From: Eubacteriales bacterium
Lineage (GTDB): Bacteria; Bacillota; Clostridia; Oscillospirales; CAG-382
NCBI GenBank assembly: GCA_045651785.1
Contig: JAZRTE010000086.1
Span: 352-64,351 of the forward strand
DNA: 64,000 nt
Reading direction: 5' to 3'
Position numbers and translations under genes: made by a program. The first letter of the stretch is position 1; every line of letters begins with the position of its first letter. This document shows, in pieces, positions 45,590-55,133 of the stretch. Below the pieces are notes generated by a model that did not search any database, was not told the DNA's origin, and saw nothing but the letters and a program-made list of their open reading frames with translations.

Positions 45590-45829
45590 TTACACCTTTG
45601 CAAGAACAGCGTCATTAAAAAATTCATTAACAGTTTCGGGAGTAACAGAATAAAATTCTTCGCCTACGGTAACACAAACGCCTTTTTGGCAATTACCCAT
45701 ACAAAAAGTTCCGCCAAGCTCAACCTTATCACCGATATTGTTTTCTGCGATAAGATCCTGAAGCTTTTCAACAACCTGACGCGAACCTTTAATGTGGCAG
45801 GAGCTACCGATACAAACCGTAATTTTCAT
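45590..45829 (-). CDS. Thioredoxin-like [2Fe-2S] ferredoxin, paralogue of the downstream gene
   Basis: Start moved to MKITVCIGSSCHIKG (GAGAGGAAA SD), giving 80 aa. It has the same Cys pattern (FCMGNCQ). Confidence 0.75.
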   Translation of the reverse strand: MKITVCIGSSCHIKGSRQVVEKLQDLIAENNIGDKVELGGTFCMGNCQKGVCVTVGEEFYSVTPETVNEFFNDAVLAKV

Positions 45830-46140
45830 AAAAATGTTTCCTCTCTGATATATGTTCGTATACTTTTTTCGCCATAATAACCCATTGTTCTGTATACAAA
45901 GGTATTTTATCATATTTTTTTCTCTAAATCAAGTATAAATATTATATAAGTATAATCAATATAAGGCATATCGATTCACAACAGATTAAAATTCCTTGGA
46001 TTGTTCTAAAAGTTTTAGATACGCGTTATTTCACCTGCAATATCTTCTTCCATTTTTGTTTTCACAGTCTGCACGTCATAGCCGCAACTAAACAGATAAT
46101 ACAATTTTGCAACAGCAGTCTCGGCAGTCACTGCGATTAT

Positions 46141-46180
46141 AAAAATGAACCGCATAAAAGAAATTTTGCGGTTCATTTTT
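46141..46180 (-). terminator. Intrinsic terminator of the 46179..47285 gene
   Basis: AAAAATGAACCGCA ... TGCGGTTCATTTTT overlaps the stop codon. Confidence 0.7.
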
Positions 46181-47285
46181 AATTATTATTTTTACTGTCA
46201 TTTTTACGCTTTGCAAAATACAGCTGCAGTCCCAAATAGAAAAAGAGAGAAACAAGCATTATGAAATAATAGCTTAAAAGGCGCCAGATAAGCATAACGC
46301 CGTTCGCCGTAGCAGCTACCGCTATAGCAGACGATCCGCCCGTAACGTGTAAAATTATGGACTTGAATATTTGGCCGGTACAGCCCTCTGCGCCTCCGGA
46401 TGCTCCCGGAGTGGGAAAAAATCCGATCGCAGTCAAAGCAAAAGAGGTTCCGATAATTATAAGGAACAGGTGGCTCGGTTCAACTTTAATATTGAACGAC
46501 ATAATTATGAAAAAAGCTGCGCCGTAATAAAAAACATGTGCAAGAATTTTTGATAATACGGCAAGAGCAAAATGTTTTTTCTTATGAAGAAGATCGGCAA
46601 AGGCCTCTTGAACCTGAGCTAAAAACGATTCTAAAGCATCAGCTTTGGATTCAAATCTGTTCAACGCTTTAACTTTACAAATGTAGCGAACAAATCGCAC
46701 AACCCAACCGCGGACGGTTTCGCTCTTTCCGAGCACAACCATAATTGTCAAAATAGAAAAATTCAAGACATAACCCGCGACGATGATCGACAACCACCAC
46801 GAATCTATCGCAGCAACCAAAGTGTCAAGGCAGAAAACACCAAGAAGCGACAAGCCGTTCGCCGCTACCATATAAACAACAAGATTAGCCATAAGCAATC
46901 CTGTCGATTCGGAAAGCTTAACCTTTGCTTTAGATAAAGAATGCGCCTGAAAGGGTTGACCGCCGGTAGCCCACGGAGTGATGCCGTTAAAGAAATGCTC
47001 GGTCATAGCAACAATGTACGTAATTTTGGAAGAAGCCTTAATATTTCTCGCTTTAGCAAGAATACACAATGACAAAGGATATAATGCAAGGTAAATAACG
47101 ACCATCAATATTGCAATAAACACGTACGAATAGTCAACGGTTTTAAGCTGCTCAATTATGCCGGGAAGGTCGTTAAAGGAAAGAACCGTGAACAGCAATA
47201 ATACGGCAACTATTGCGTAAACGATAAACAGTGCGATTTTTTTACCGTTAAGCGGATTTTTTTGTGTATTATTCTCCAAAATCAC
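46179..47285 (-). CDS. Polytopic membrane protein, LPG-synthase-TM / UPF0104 (flippase-like) family
   Basis: 368 aa with ~8 TM helices and an architecture resembling the MprF flippase-like TM domain. The family call is tentative. Confidence 0.6.
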   Translation of the reverse strand: MILENNTQKNPLNGKKIALFIVYAIVAVLLLFTVLSFNDLPGIIEQLKTVDYSYVFIAILMVVIYLALYPLSLCILAKARNIKASSKITYIVAMTEHFFNGITPWATGGQPFQAHSLSKAKVKLSESTGLLMANLVVYMVAANGLSLLGVFCLDTLVAAIDSWWLSIIVAGYVLNFSILTIMVVLGKSETVRGWVVRFVRYICKVKALNRFESKADALESFLAQVQEAFADLLHKKKHFALAVLSKILAHVFYYGAAFFIIMSFNIKVEPSHLFLIIIGTSFALTAIGFFPTPGASGGAEGCTGQIFKSIILHVTGGSSAIAVAATANGVMLIWRLLSYYFIMLVSLFFYLGLQLYFAKRKNDSKNNN

Positions 47286-47506
47286 AGTCCCCCTTCCCTA
47301 AAATTAGAATAATCGATTCATTATAATTACATAATCGATTTATTCTATCACAAATTTGTTTATTTTACAACATTTATATTAAAAATTGTTGAATAATTTT
47401 CAACTAAGATTTTCTATCCTTTGTGGTAAAATTAACAAGTTACGCTTAAATAGCTCAAAATATTGAAAGGAGCTCATCCGTTAAGAAAAGCTCCTTTTGA
47501 TATTAA

Positions 47507-48727
47507 CTATCTTATTCCGTAATTTTCAATCACGTAATCCATATCCTTATCGCCTCTGCCCGAGAGATTAATAAGAACGGAGCCGTGCTCCATAGTTTTA
47601 GCGAGCTTCATACCGTAAGCGACCGCGTGCGAGCTTTCAATTGCGGGAATTATGCCCTCAAGACGCGCAAGTTTAAAGAATGCATCGATGGTTTCTTCAT
47701 CATCTATAACGTCGTATTTTACTCTGCCGATTTCCTGCAAGAAAGCATGTTCGGGACCGGAAGATGGATAGTCGAGACCGCTTGCCACCGAATATACGGG
47801 AGCGGGATCGCCGTTTTCATCCTTAAGCATTATGCTGTTAAAGCCGTGCATAACACCCTCGGTACCGTACTTCAAGCTTGCCGCGTGGTCGCCGAGCTTG
47901 GGACCTCTGCCCAAAGGCTCAACGCCGTAAATATCAACGGGATCGTTAAGGAATCCTGCGAAAAGGCCCGCCGCATTGGAACCGCCGCCGACACAAGCAA
48001 CGATAGCGCTCGGAAGGTGTCCCGTCATATCAATAAACTGTTCACGAGCCTCGATACCGACAACACTTTGAAAATCGCGAACCATCATCGGGAACGGATG
48101 CGGGCCGAGAACGGAACCGATGCAATATATTGAATCCTTATATTCCTTACTGTATGCATCAAAAGCGGCGTCAACAGCTTCCTTAAGCGTTTTAAGGCCG
48201 TGGGTGACCTCAACGACATTTGCACCCAAAATCTTCATACGCGCAACGTTGGGAGCTTGTTTTTTAATATCGACAGAGCCCATATAAATATCGCATTCGA
48301 GTCCGAAGTAAGCTGCAGCGGTCGCCAACGCAACACCGTGCTGACCTGCACCTGTTTCGGCAATTACCTTTTTCTTGCCCATGTATTTCGCAAGAAGCGC
48401 TTCGCCCATACAATGGTTAAGCTTGTGTGCACCCGAATGGTTAAGATCTTCACGTTTTGCATAAAGCTGAACACGTCCGCCAAGCGCATCAGAAAGACGT
48501 TCAAGGTGAGAAACGGGTGTAGGTCTTCCCTGAAATTCTTTTCTTATTCTACGCAATTCTGCGATAAATTTTCTTGATTGGCAGATAGAGTAATATGCAT
48601 AAGTGATTTCTTCCATAGCGGCTTTCAGCTTATCATCGATATAAACTCCGCCGTATTTTCCGAAATATCCGTTTTTATCGGGGTAATTATTAAAATATGT
48701 TTCGAAATCAACGTTATTAAGCTTCAT
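47507..48727 (-). CDS. trpB: Tryptophan synthase beta chain (stand-alone TrpB)
   Basis: Has FGKYGG, the PLP-lysine motif [17 protein letters not shown], and GGGSNAAG. No trpA or other trp genes are adjacent. Confidence 0.9.
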   Translation of the reverse strand: MKLNNVDFETYFNNYPDKNGYFGKYGGVYIDDKLKAAMEEITYAYYSICQSRKFIAELRRIRKEFQGRPTPVSHLERLSDALGGRVQLYAKREDLNHSGAHKLNHCMGEALLAKYMGKKKVIAETGAGQHGVALATAAAYFGLECDIYMGSVDIKKQAPNVARMKILGANVVEVTHGLKTLKEAVDAAFDAYSKEYKDSIYCIGSVLGPHPFPMMVRDFQSVVGIEAREQFIDMTGHLPSAIVACVGGGSNAAGLFAGFLNDPVDIYGVEPLGRGPKLGDHAASLKYGTEGVMHGFNSIMLKDENGDPAPVYSVASGLDYPSSGPEHAFLQEIGRVKYDVIDDEETIDAFFKLARLEGIIPAIESSHAVAYGMKLAKTMEHGSVLINLSGRGDKDMDYVIENYGIR

Positions 48728-48837
48728 TATTATTTTCTCCTATATATCAGATTAAATTGATTTTAGGTTAAACTTGATTTCATGCCCGCCATCGCTTTGA
48801 CAATATAAACATAAGCATTCTCTTTTCTATCTGTCAA

Positions 48838-49127
48838 AACAAAAAACGCCCCGACAGAATTCATTTTTCTGTCAAGGACGAATAACTTCTTATCCGCGGT
48901 GCCACCTTGAATTCACGGAATGCCGTGCGCTTTATCGGATACCAACATATCCACGGTAATTAACGCATACCTTACGTTGCAGAATACTTTGCGTATTTAC
49001 GCATTTCCTCGCACCCTCCGCGGTCCATTTGCCGAATCGTTTCTTGCCCGCATCGCAGCTGCACGGACTCTCTGTAAAGGCGTATTTCGACTTTATCTCC
49101 GCATCAACGGTTTAATTAACTAAATTT
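48838..49127 (-). promoter_or_regulatory. T-box riboswitch leader (probable Trp specifier) controlling trpB
   Basis: The minus strand contains the AGAGAG box, a UGG triplet in an AAA-UGG-A context (49025..49027), and the T-box core AGGTGGCACCGCGG (48894..48908). The terminator CGTCCTTGACAGAA-aaatgaa-TTCTGTCGGGGCG plus TTTTTT follows. Confidence 0.8.
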
Positions 49128-49133
49128 TTATTC

Positions 49134-49162
49134 ATTATAACACCGTTAAAAAATCTTGTCAA
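49134..49162 (-). promoter_or_regulatory. Consensus sigma-A promoter of the T-box/trpB unit
   Basis: The minus strand reads TTGACA, 17 nt spacer, TATAAT, a perfect consensus. Confidence 0.7.
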
Positions 49163-49250
49163 GGGCTTATTCCCTATTTTAAGCAAAAATATGATGACAA
49201 ACAAAGAATTTTGTGTTATAATGCCTTATCTCACAAAAGAGGATTCGATT

Positions 49251-50384
49251 ATGCAAAAGGCGATACAAAAATTAGTTGATTCTAAGGTTTTCAAAATTAT
49301 AATAAGCAATCCCGTCGAAAAAAGCAATTCGTTTCGCAAAATCGTTATTGAAAAAAAGAAAAGCGGTTATCAATCATCAAAGTATACCGAAAAGCAGGTC
49401 TTTCACGACAATTTTAACGACGAAGAGCTTTTTTCCTATCTTTGTAAAAACATATTACATAAATATAAGCAAATTAACGCTTGGTCCGACGGTATTGAAC
49501 ACATTTTGCTTATCTCCAAAAAAGGCGTTTGCAATTATAAAGCAAAGAAGCTTCAAACGAACGAATTTTCTCTTTCGGACAACGACCGCAAAAAGAATTA
49601 TATCATCGAGGAAGGCTCGATTATCGCACCGCTTGTTGATATGGGCATATTTACTCCCGACGGCAAGATTATCAAAGCAATGTACAGCAAATACAAGCAG
49701 ATCAACCGTTTTCTTGAAATTATCGACGACGAGATCTCATCTTCGGACAAGAAGGAATTTAACATAATCGACTTTGGTTGCGGTAAATCGTATCTTACCT
49801 TTATTCTCTACCACTATTTCACAAGGATCGCAAATATAAAGGTCAATATGATCGGATTGGACCTTAAAAAAGACGTCATTACCAAATGCAACGATGCTGC
49901 GAAAAAGTACGGATATACCGATTTGCGTTTTGAACTGGGCGATATAAACGGATATAAGGCGCCGTTTGAGGTTGATATGGTAATTTCGCTCCATGCTTGT
50001 GACACCGCAACCGATTTTGCGCTCTATAACGCAATAAACTGGAACGCAAAATACATCTTCTCCGTTCCCTGCTGTCAACACGAATTAAATGAACAAATCA
50101 AACCCAACGAGCTCTCCATCCTTTCAAGATACGGAATTGTAAAGGAACGTTTCTCGGCATTGGCAACCGACATAATACGAGGCAATCTGCTTGAGTATTG
50201 CGGATATAAAACTCAGCTTTTGGAATTTATCGAGCTTGACCACACGCCTAAAAACATTCTTATCCGCGCAGTAAAACGTCAAGCAACTCCCAAGCAAACA
50301 AAAGAAAATATGCTTAACGAGGTCAACTCGTTGATCAATGAATTTTCGTTTGAACCTACACTTTACAAATTAATCGTAAAATAA
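49251..50384 (+). CDS. Class I SAM-dependent methyltransferase
   Basis: Start moved to MQKAIQKL... (AGAGGA SD). The SAM motif I (IIDFGCGKSYLT) and VISLHACDTATD are present. Confidence 0.75.
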   Translation: MQKAIQKLVDSKVFKIIISNPVEKSNSFRKIVIEKKKSGYQSSKYTEKQVFHDNFNDEELFSYLCKNILHKYKQINAWSDGIEHILLISKKGVCNYKAKKLQTNEFSLSDNDRKKNYIIEEGSIIAPLVDMGIFTPDGKIIKAMYSKYKQINRFLEIIDDEISSSDKKEFNIIDFGCGKSYLTFILYHYFTRIANIKVNMIGLDLKKDVITKCNDAAKKYGYTDLRFELGDINGYKAPFEVDMVISLHACDTATDFALYNAINWNAKYIFSVPCCQHELNEQIKPNELSILSRYGIVKERFSALATDIIRGNLLEYCGYKTQLLEFIELDHTPKNILIRAVKRQATPKQTKENMLNEVNSLINEFSFEPTLYKLIVK

Positions 50385-50387
50385 ACT

Positions 50388-50413
50388 AAAGCTCCTGTTT
50401 GCACAGGAGCTTT
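50388..50413. terminator. Bidirectional terminator between convergent genes
   Basis: AAAGCTCCTGT-ttgc-ACAGGAGCTTT. Confidence 0.75.
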
Positions 50414-50418
50414 AAATT

Positions 50419-51291
50419 TTATTCGGCAGGATCGATTAGCAATTCAGCCACAAAAAGCATATGGTCGGAATGGCTTCTGTGGAAGGTATACGCAGAATCT
50501 TCAATATAGGTAAAATCGGAAGAATAACAGATATTGTCAATCATACTTTTACTGGAAGGATAGGTAATGTATCCATTTTCGGGATTGTTGACGCGGGAAA
50601 GATTTTCAAGAACGTTGAACTCATCAAAAGAGCCTACGTTGAAGTCACCGACAAGTATAACGTTCTTTGCATCCTTAACGGTTGCGGCAACCTTTTTGAA
50701 CTCACTTGCTCTGACGGTAGCGTTATTATGTGAAAGATGTGTAACAAAGAAGTTGATCTGCGTGCCGTTAACATCAATCTTTGTGCAACCCAAAAGGCGT
50801 CTTTCCACCTGAGTACCGGGATTGAGCTCGACTTCATTTGTGCTGATTATAGGATATTTGGAAAGCACCGCTGTACCATACGCGCCCTTTTTACCGTACT
50901 TTGCCTCATCACCCTTTAAATCGATACACTTGAAGTATGCATAATATTCCATACCCGTAAATTCTTTAAGCTTTTCCATAGTGTCGGTAAACTTGGAGCG
51001 CTCGCATAAAATATCAACCTCTTGAAGTCCTACGACATCCAAATCATTGTCAACAATGTCCTTTGCGATCTTGCTGAAATCCCAATCAACATCGCGACCA
51101 TTGGCAATATTATAAGAACCGACCTTAAGCTTAATAGGTCCAGAATTACTTTCATCGACAGAAGACTCAATCTGCACGCTCGATTCAGCAACAGAAGAAG
51201 CATCTTCAACCACACTTTCGTTACAAGAGGTCAGAGCGAACGTACCGAGGCAAAAAGCTGATAACAATAGCAACGATATAATCTTTTTCAT
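50419..51291 (-). CDS. Endonuclease/exonuclease/phosphatase (EEP) family lipoprotein
   Basis: Has a signal peptide plus lipobox (LLLSAFCLGTFALTSC), and the EEP motifs GSYNI, VGLQEV, GDFN and SDH. Confidence 0.8.
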   Translation of the reverse strand: MKKIISLLLLSAFCLGTFALTSCNESVVEDASSVAESSVQIESSVDESNSGPIKLKVGSYNIANGRDVDWDFSKIAKDIVDNDLDVVGLQEVDILCERSKFTDTMEKLKEFTGMEYYAYFKCIDLKGDEAKYGKKGAYGTAVLSKYPIISTNEVELNPGTQVERRLLGCTKIDVNGTQINFFVTHLSHNNATVRASEFKKVAATVKDAKNVILVGDFNVGSFDEFNVLENLSRVNNPENGYITYPSSKSMIDNICYSSDFTYIEDSAYTFHRSHSDHMLFVAELLIDPAE

Positions 51292-51355
51292 ATTTTACAT
51301 CCTTTCGAGTTTTGTGTGTTACAATTATATCATAGTAAAACACCATTTGCAACAG

Positions 51356-52531
51356 TTAAAATTTAAAACGCTTTCCGACTTTCTTTGCAATGCGGTAAAT
51401 CGGTCCCTCCAACTCTTTTTGCGCGTCCTTGAGGTGCTTGCGAATCTCAATTTTTTGAGGGCAGTGCTTTTCACATTTTCCGCAGCCGATACAATTAGAT
51501 GCGGCAGTTGAATTTGGACGCAATGCGGTACACATAAAATAATCCACAAGTGCCCAAAACTTACCTTCCGAAAATCTGCGGTTATATGCGGAAAAGGTTC
51601 CGGGAATGTCAACATTTTTCGGACACGGCATACAGTATCCGCATCCCGTACAACCGACCTTCATCTTTGAATTGATGGCTTTAACGACGTTTTGAAGCAT
51701 TACTTCGTCATCGGCAGTCAGCTCGCCGATTTCTGCATTTGATGCTGTGTTGACGTTATCCTCGACGATTTCCATTTTGTTCATGCCCGACAAAACAACC
51801 GTAACCTCGGGTTGATTCCACAGCCAACGGAATGACCATTGTGCAGGAGTATGCTTGACGGTATGGTTATTAAAAATCGCCTTAGCCTCGTCCGGAAGAT
51901 GCGAAACAAGCTTGCCGCCACGCAAGGGCTCCATAATAATGACGGGGATATTTTTTGAATTTGCGTGGTTTAGTCCTTTTCTTCCCGCTTGTGAATTTTC
52001 GTCCATATAATTGTATTGGATCTGGCAAAATTCCCAATCGTAAGCATCCAAGAGCTTGCAGAACATTTCGGAGTTGCCGTGATATGAAAAGCCGATTTGC
52101 TTAATTGCGCCCGCCTTTTTCTTTTCCTCGATCCATTCAATAACACCGAGTTGCTTCAAGCGCTCCCACGTATCAACGTCGGTCAGCATATGCATCAGAT
52201 AATAATCGACGTAATCGGTGCGCAATCTTTTAAGCTGTTCGTTGAATTTTTTATCAAGATCCTCTTTTGATTTTATTAAATAATGAGGTAATTTTGTGGC
52301 AATATAAACCTTTTCGCGTATTCCGTTTTTCTCGAGAATTTCGCCAAGACATGCTTCGCTTCCGGGATAGATATAAGCCGTATCATAATAATTAACGCCG
52401 TGCTCGTAGGCGTACATTATCTCGCGTTCGACCTCTTTATAATCAGTCGCTCCGCGTTTTCTGGGAAAACGCATACAGCCAAAGCCGAGTGCGGAAAGTT
52501 TATTGCCGTATTTATCGTTTCTGTAATTCAT
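51356..52531 (-). CDS. Aldo/keto reductase with a C-terminal 4Fe-4S ferredoxin domain
   Basis: Has the AKR N-terminus (LSALGFGCMRF, YDTAYIY) and C-terminal CTGCGYCMPCP ... CIGCGKCEKHCP motifs. Confidence 0.85.
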   Translation of the reverse strand: MNYRNDKYGNKLSALGFGCMRFPRKRGATDYKEVEREIMYAYEHGVNYYDTAYIYPGSEACLGEILEKNGIREKVYIATKLPHYLIKSKEDLDKKFNEQLKRLRTDYVDYYLMHMLTDVDTWERLKQLGVIEWIEEKKKAGAIKQIGFSYHGNSEMFCKLLDAYDWEFCQIQYNYMDENSQAGRKGLNHANSKNIPVIIMEPLRGGKLVSHLPDEAKAIFNNHTVKHTPAQWSFRWLWNQPEVTVVLSGMNKMEIVEDNVNTASNAEIGELTADDEVMLQNVVKAINSKMKVGCTGCGYCMPCPKNVDIPGTFSAYNRRFSEGKFWALVDYFMCTALRPNSTAASNCIGCGKCEKHCPQKIEIRKHLKDAQKELEGPIYRIAKKVGKRFKF

Positions 52532-52608
52532 AAATACTCCTCAAATTACTTTTGGTTGATTATATCACAACCCATACAAAAAAACAAGGCGGGACCGCCT
52601 TGTTTTAA

Positions 52609-53730
52609 TCATATAAATTTCAGAAGCAACATAAATGCGGTAAGCAAAAACAGAAAACCGAAATTGAACAGCGAAAATACGCCGATATACCTTCCCGCTT
52701 TACCCGGATTGTGCTTTGTATATTCTCTGAACGTGATCAGACTTGCGAGCGACGAGATCAATGTACCGCACCCACCGATATTAACGCCGACCAAAAGGTC
52801 TTGATAATTATCGGTAAATTGCGAAAGCAATATTGCAGAGGGTACGTTACTTATAACCTGACACGACGATACGCTGAACAGCAACGTGCTTTTTTCAAGA
52901 AGCACCGAAAAAAAATCACGGACAACGTCGATCCTTGCCATGTTGCCCGAAAAAATAAAGAAGAAAACAAATGTCAAAAGCAAAGGATAGTCCACCTTGG
53001 CTAACGCATTTCTGTCAAGGAACAAAAGCGATATCGGTATTATTATCAGCCCGATCCAATAAGGTATTCCGCGGAAAACGATTGCGATCGACAACGCAAA
53101 AAGAAGGAGATATACAGCGGTTCTCCCCTTTGGCAACTTTTTCTCCTCATCCTCAACATACAGCGGTTCGGGCTTTACAAACACAATGCAACACAGTGTT
53201 ATCAACGCTACAGAAAGAACAAATGGCGGTGCCATTATTCGCATAAATTCAAGGTTCGGTATATCGAATTTAGAATAAAGATAAAGGTTTTGCGGATTAC
53301 CGAACGGTGTTAACATTCCGCCGAGATTCGCCGCAATGTTTTGCATTATGAATGTAAACGCCATATACTTTTCTTTGCCCGTCGTCGTAAGAACAAAATA
53401 ACCGAGCGGTAAAAAAGTTAAAAGCGCCATATCGTTCGCGATAAGCATTGAGCCGATAAAGGTTATATAGACTAATGCAAGAACACTCATCCGTGCATTT
53501 TTGAATAGGCGAACGACTTTTTTTGCAAGTGTATAAAAGAACCTTATATTTTTTAAAGCACACACTACTGCCAAAACGCAGAAAAGACAGGTTAGGGTTT
53601 TAAAATCGAAATATTCAATATATTCTTTATCGGGAGTAACGATAAACGACGTTATCAACGCGGCAAGCAACGCCACAAACATAACGATATTTTTCTTGAT
53701 AAACGCGCAGGATTTGCAAAGTGTATTCAT
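52609..53730 (-). CDS. ArsB/NhaD (CitMHS/SLC13-like) superfamily anion permease
   Basis: Polytopic ~373-aa protein. Start moved to the ATG at 53730 (AAGGAAA SD); the track start is a TTG without an SD. Confidence 0.65.
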   Translation of the reverse strand: MNTLCKSCAFIKKNIVMFVALLAALITSFIVTPDKEYIEYFDFKTLTCLFCVLAVVCALKNIRFFYTLAKKVVRLFKNARMSVLALVYITFIGSMLIANDMALLTFLPLGYFVLTTTGKEKYMAFTFIMQNIAANLGGMLTPFGNPQNLYLYSKFDIPNLEFMRIMAPPFVLSVALITLCCIVFVKPEPLYVEDEEKKLPKGRTAVYLLLFALSIAIVFRGIPYWIGLIIIPISLLFLDRNALAKVDYPLLLTFVFFFIFSGNMARIDVVRDFFSVLLEKSTLLFSVSSCQVISNVPSAILLSQFTDNYQDLLVGVNIGGCGTLISSLASLITFREYTKHNPGKAGRYIGVFSLFNFGFLFLLTAFMLLLKFI

Positions 53731-53868
53731 AATTTTCCTTATATAGAATATAGAGTTTTTTGAACAACGGTTCAATTATATACACTTTATAATATTTGTC
53801 AATATATGAATCGGTTAAAACAAATAATAAAATGCAAAAGGTTTACCGAATACGGTAAACCTTTTTGT

Positions 53869-55110
53869 TTAATCCTCGAGCATTTCGGAAAGCGCTGTAA
53901 GTATGCCAAGCTTTCCGCTTTCATAAGTAAGACCGCCTTGCATATAAACGAGATACGGCTCACGCAGAGGCGCATCTGCGGAAAGCTCGATAGAGCTTCC
54001 TTGGGTAAAAGCGCCTGCAGCCATAACGACTGAATCGTTATATCCGGGCATTTCCCATCCCTCGGGAGTTACAAAGCTATCTACCGGAGAGCCTTTTTGG
54101 ATGCCACGGCAGAATTTAAGAACGTTTTCGGCATTGTAAAGCTTTATTGTCTGAATAATATCGCTACGTTTTTCGGTGCTCGGCGGATAGCATTCAAATC
54201 CTTGGCTTTCGAAAACAGCAGCAGCGAAATGAGCAGTCTTAATTGCTTGCGCTGTAACGTGCGGAGCGAAGAAAAGCCCTTTTATCATAGACTTCGTAGT
54301 GCCCATTGAAGCGCCTGCCTCAAGCCCGATGCCGGGAACTGTAAGACGGTAGGATGCAAGCTCAACAGCGCGCTTCGTTCCGACTATGTAACCGCCCGTT
54401 TCGGCAATACCGCCGCCTGCATTCTTTATAAGCGAGCCTACGAGAAGGTCGCCTTTCGGCTCTTCCTCTTCAACAAATTCGCCATAGCAGTTATCAACTA
54501 TCAAATAAACACCATCGAACTCGCGGACGAGATCGAAAAGCTCGTTAATTTCCGCAACGGTAAGTGTTCTTCTGTCACCATATCCTTTTGAACGCTGAAC
54601 GTAAACGACCTTTATCGATTTATCCTCATTCAAAACCGAACGGACCGCATCCAGATCAAGTGTTTTTCCGTTTACAAGCTCAATATCGCGGTACTTGACA
54701 CCGTATTCGGCAAGTGAACCCTCGCCGTTTTTATCACTTCCGCCAAGACCGATGACGTTATCAAGCGTATCATAAGGCTTTCCGCTTACCGAAAACATTG
54801 TATCTCCCGGACGCAAAACGCCATATAAAGCAATTGCAAGCGCATGAGTGCCCGAAATTATTTGCGAACGCGCAAAGCCCGCTTCCGCACCGAATGCTTC
54901 GGCAAACATCTTGTCGCACAAATCTCTGCCGTCATCGTTATAGCCATAACCGCAGGTCGGGTTAAAATGGCGATCCGAAAGTTGATTTTCACGGAATACA
55001 GACATTACCTTTTGTGTGTTTTTGAACGCAATCTCATCGATTTCCGCAAAAATCGGCGAAAGCTTTTTTTCGCTTTCAGCCGCAAGCGACATTAGTTTTT
55101 CGCTGAACAT
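53869..55110 (-). CDS. PLP-dependent Cys/Met-metabolism-type enzyme, YnbB / aluminium-resistance family
   Basis: 413 aa. The N-terminal half closely follows the YnbB pattern (HFNPTCGYGYNDDGRD ... SGTHA), with a QRSKGY lysine region. Confidence 0.7.
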   Translation of the reverse strand: MFSEKLMSLAAESEKKLSPIFAEIDEIAFKNTQKVMSVFRENQLSDRHFNPTCGYGYNDDGRDLCDKMFAEAFGAEAGFARSQIISGTHALAIALYGVLRPGDTMFSVSGKPYDTLDNVIGLGGSDKNGEGSLAEYGVKYRDIELVNGKTLDLDAVRSVLNEDKSIKVVYVQRSKGYGDRRTLTVAEINELFDLVREFDGVYLIVDNCYGEFVEEEEPKGDLLVGSLIKNAGGGIAETGGYIVGTKRAVELASYRLTVPGIGLEAGASMGTTKSMIKGLFFAPHVTAQAIKTAHFAAAVFESQGFECYPPSTEKRSDIIQTIKLYNAENVLKFCRGIQKGSPVDSFVTPEGWEMPGYNDSVVMAAGAFTQGSSIELSADAPLREPYLVYMQGGLTYESGKLGILTALSEMLED

Positions 55111-55133
55111 AATTTAATTACTTCCCTATTAGC

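Noticed and set aside
45830-46140. A Rex-type redox repressor operator upstream of the hydS/hydrogenase operon.
   Set aside because: Only one half-site-like TTCACAA (about 45973..45979) is present. The expected inverted partner TTGTGAA at 4-6 nt spacing is absent.
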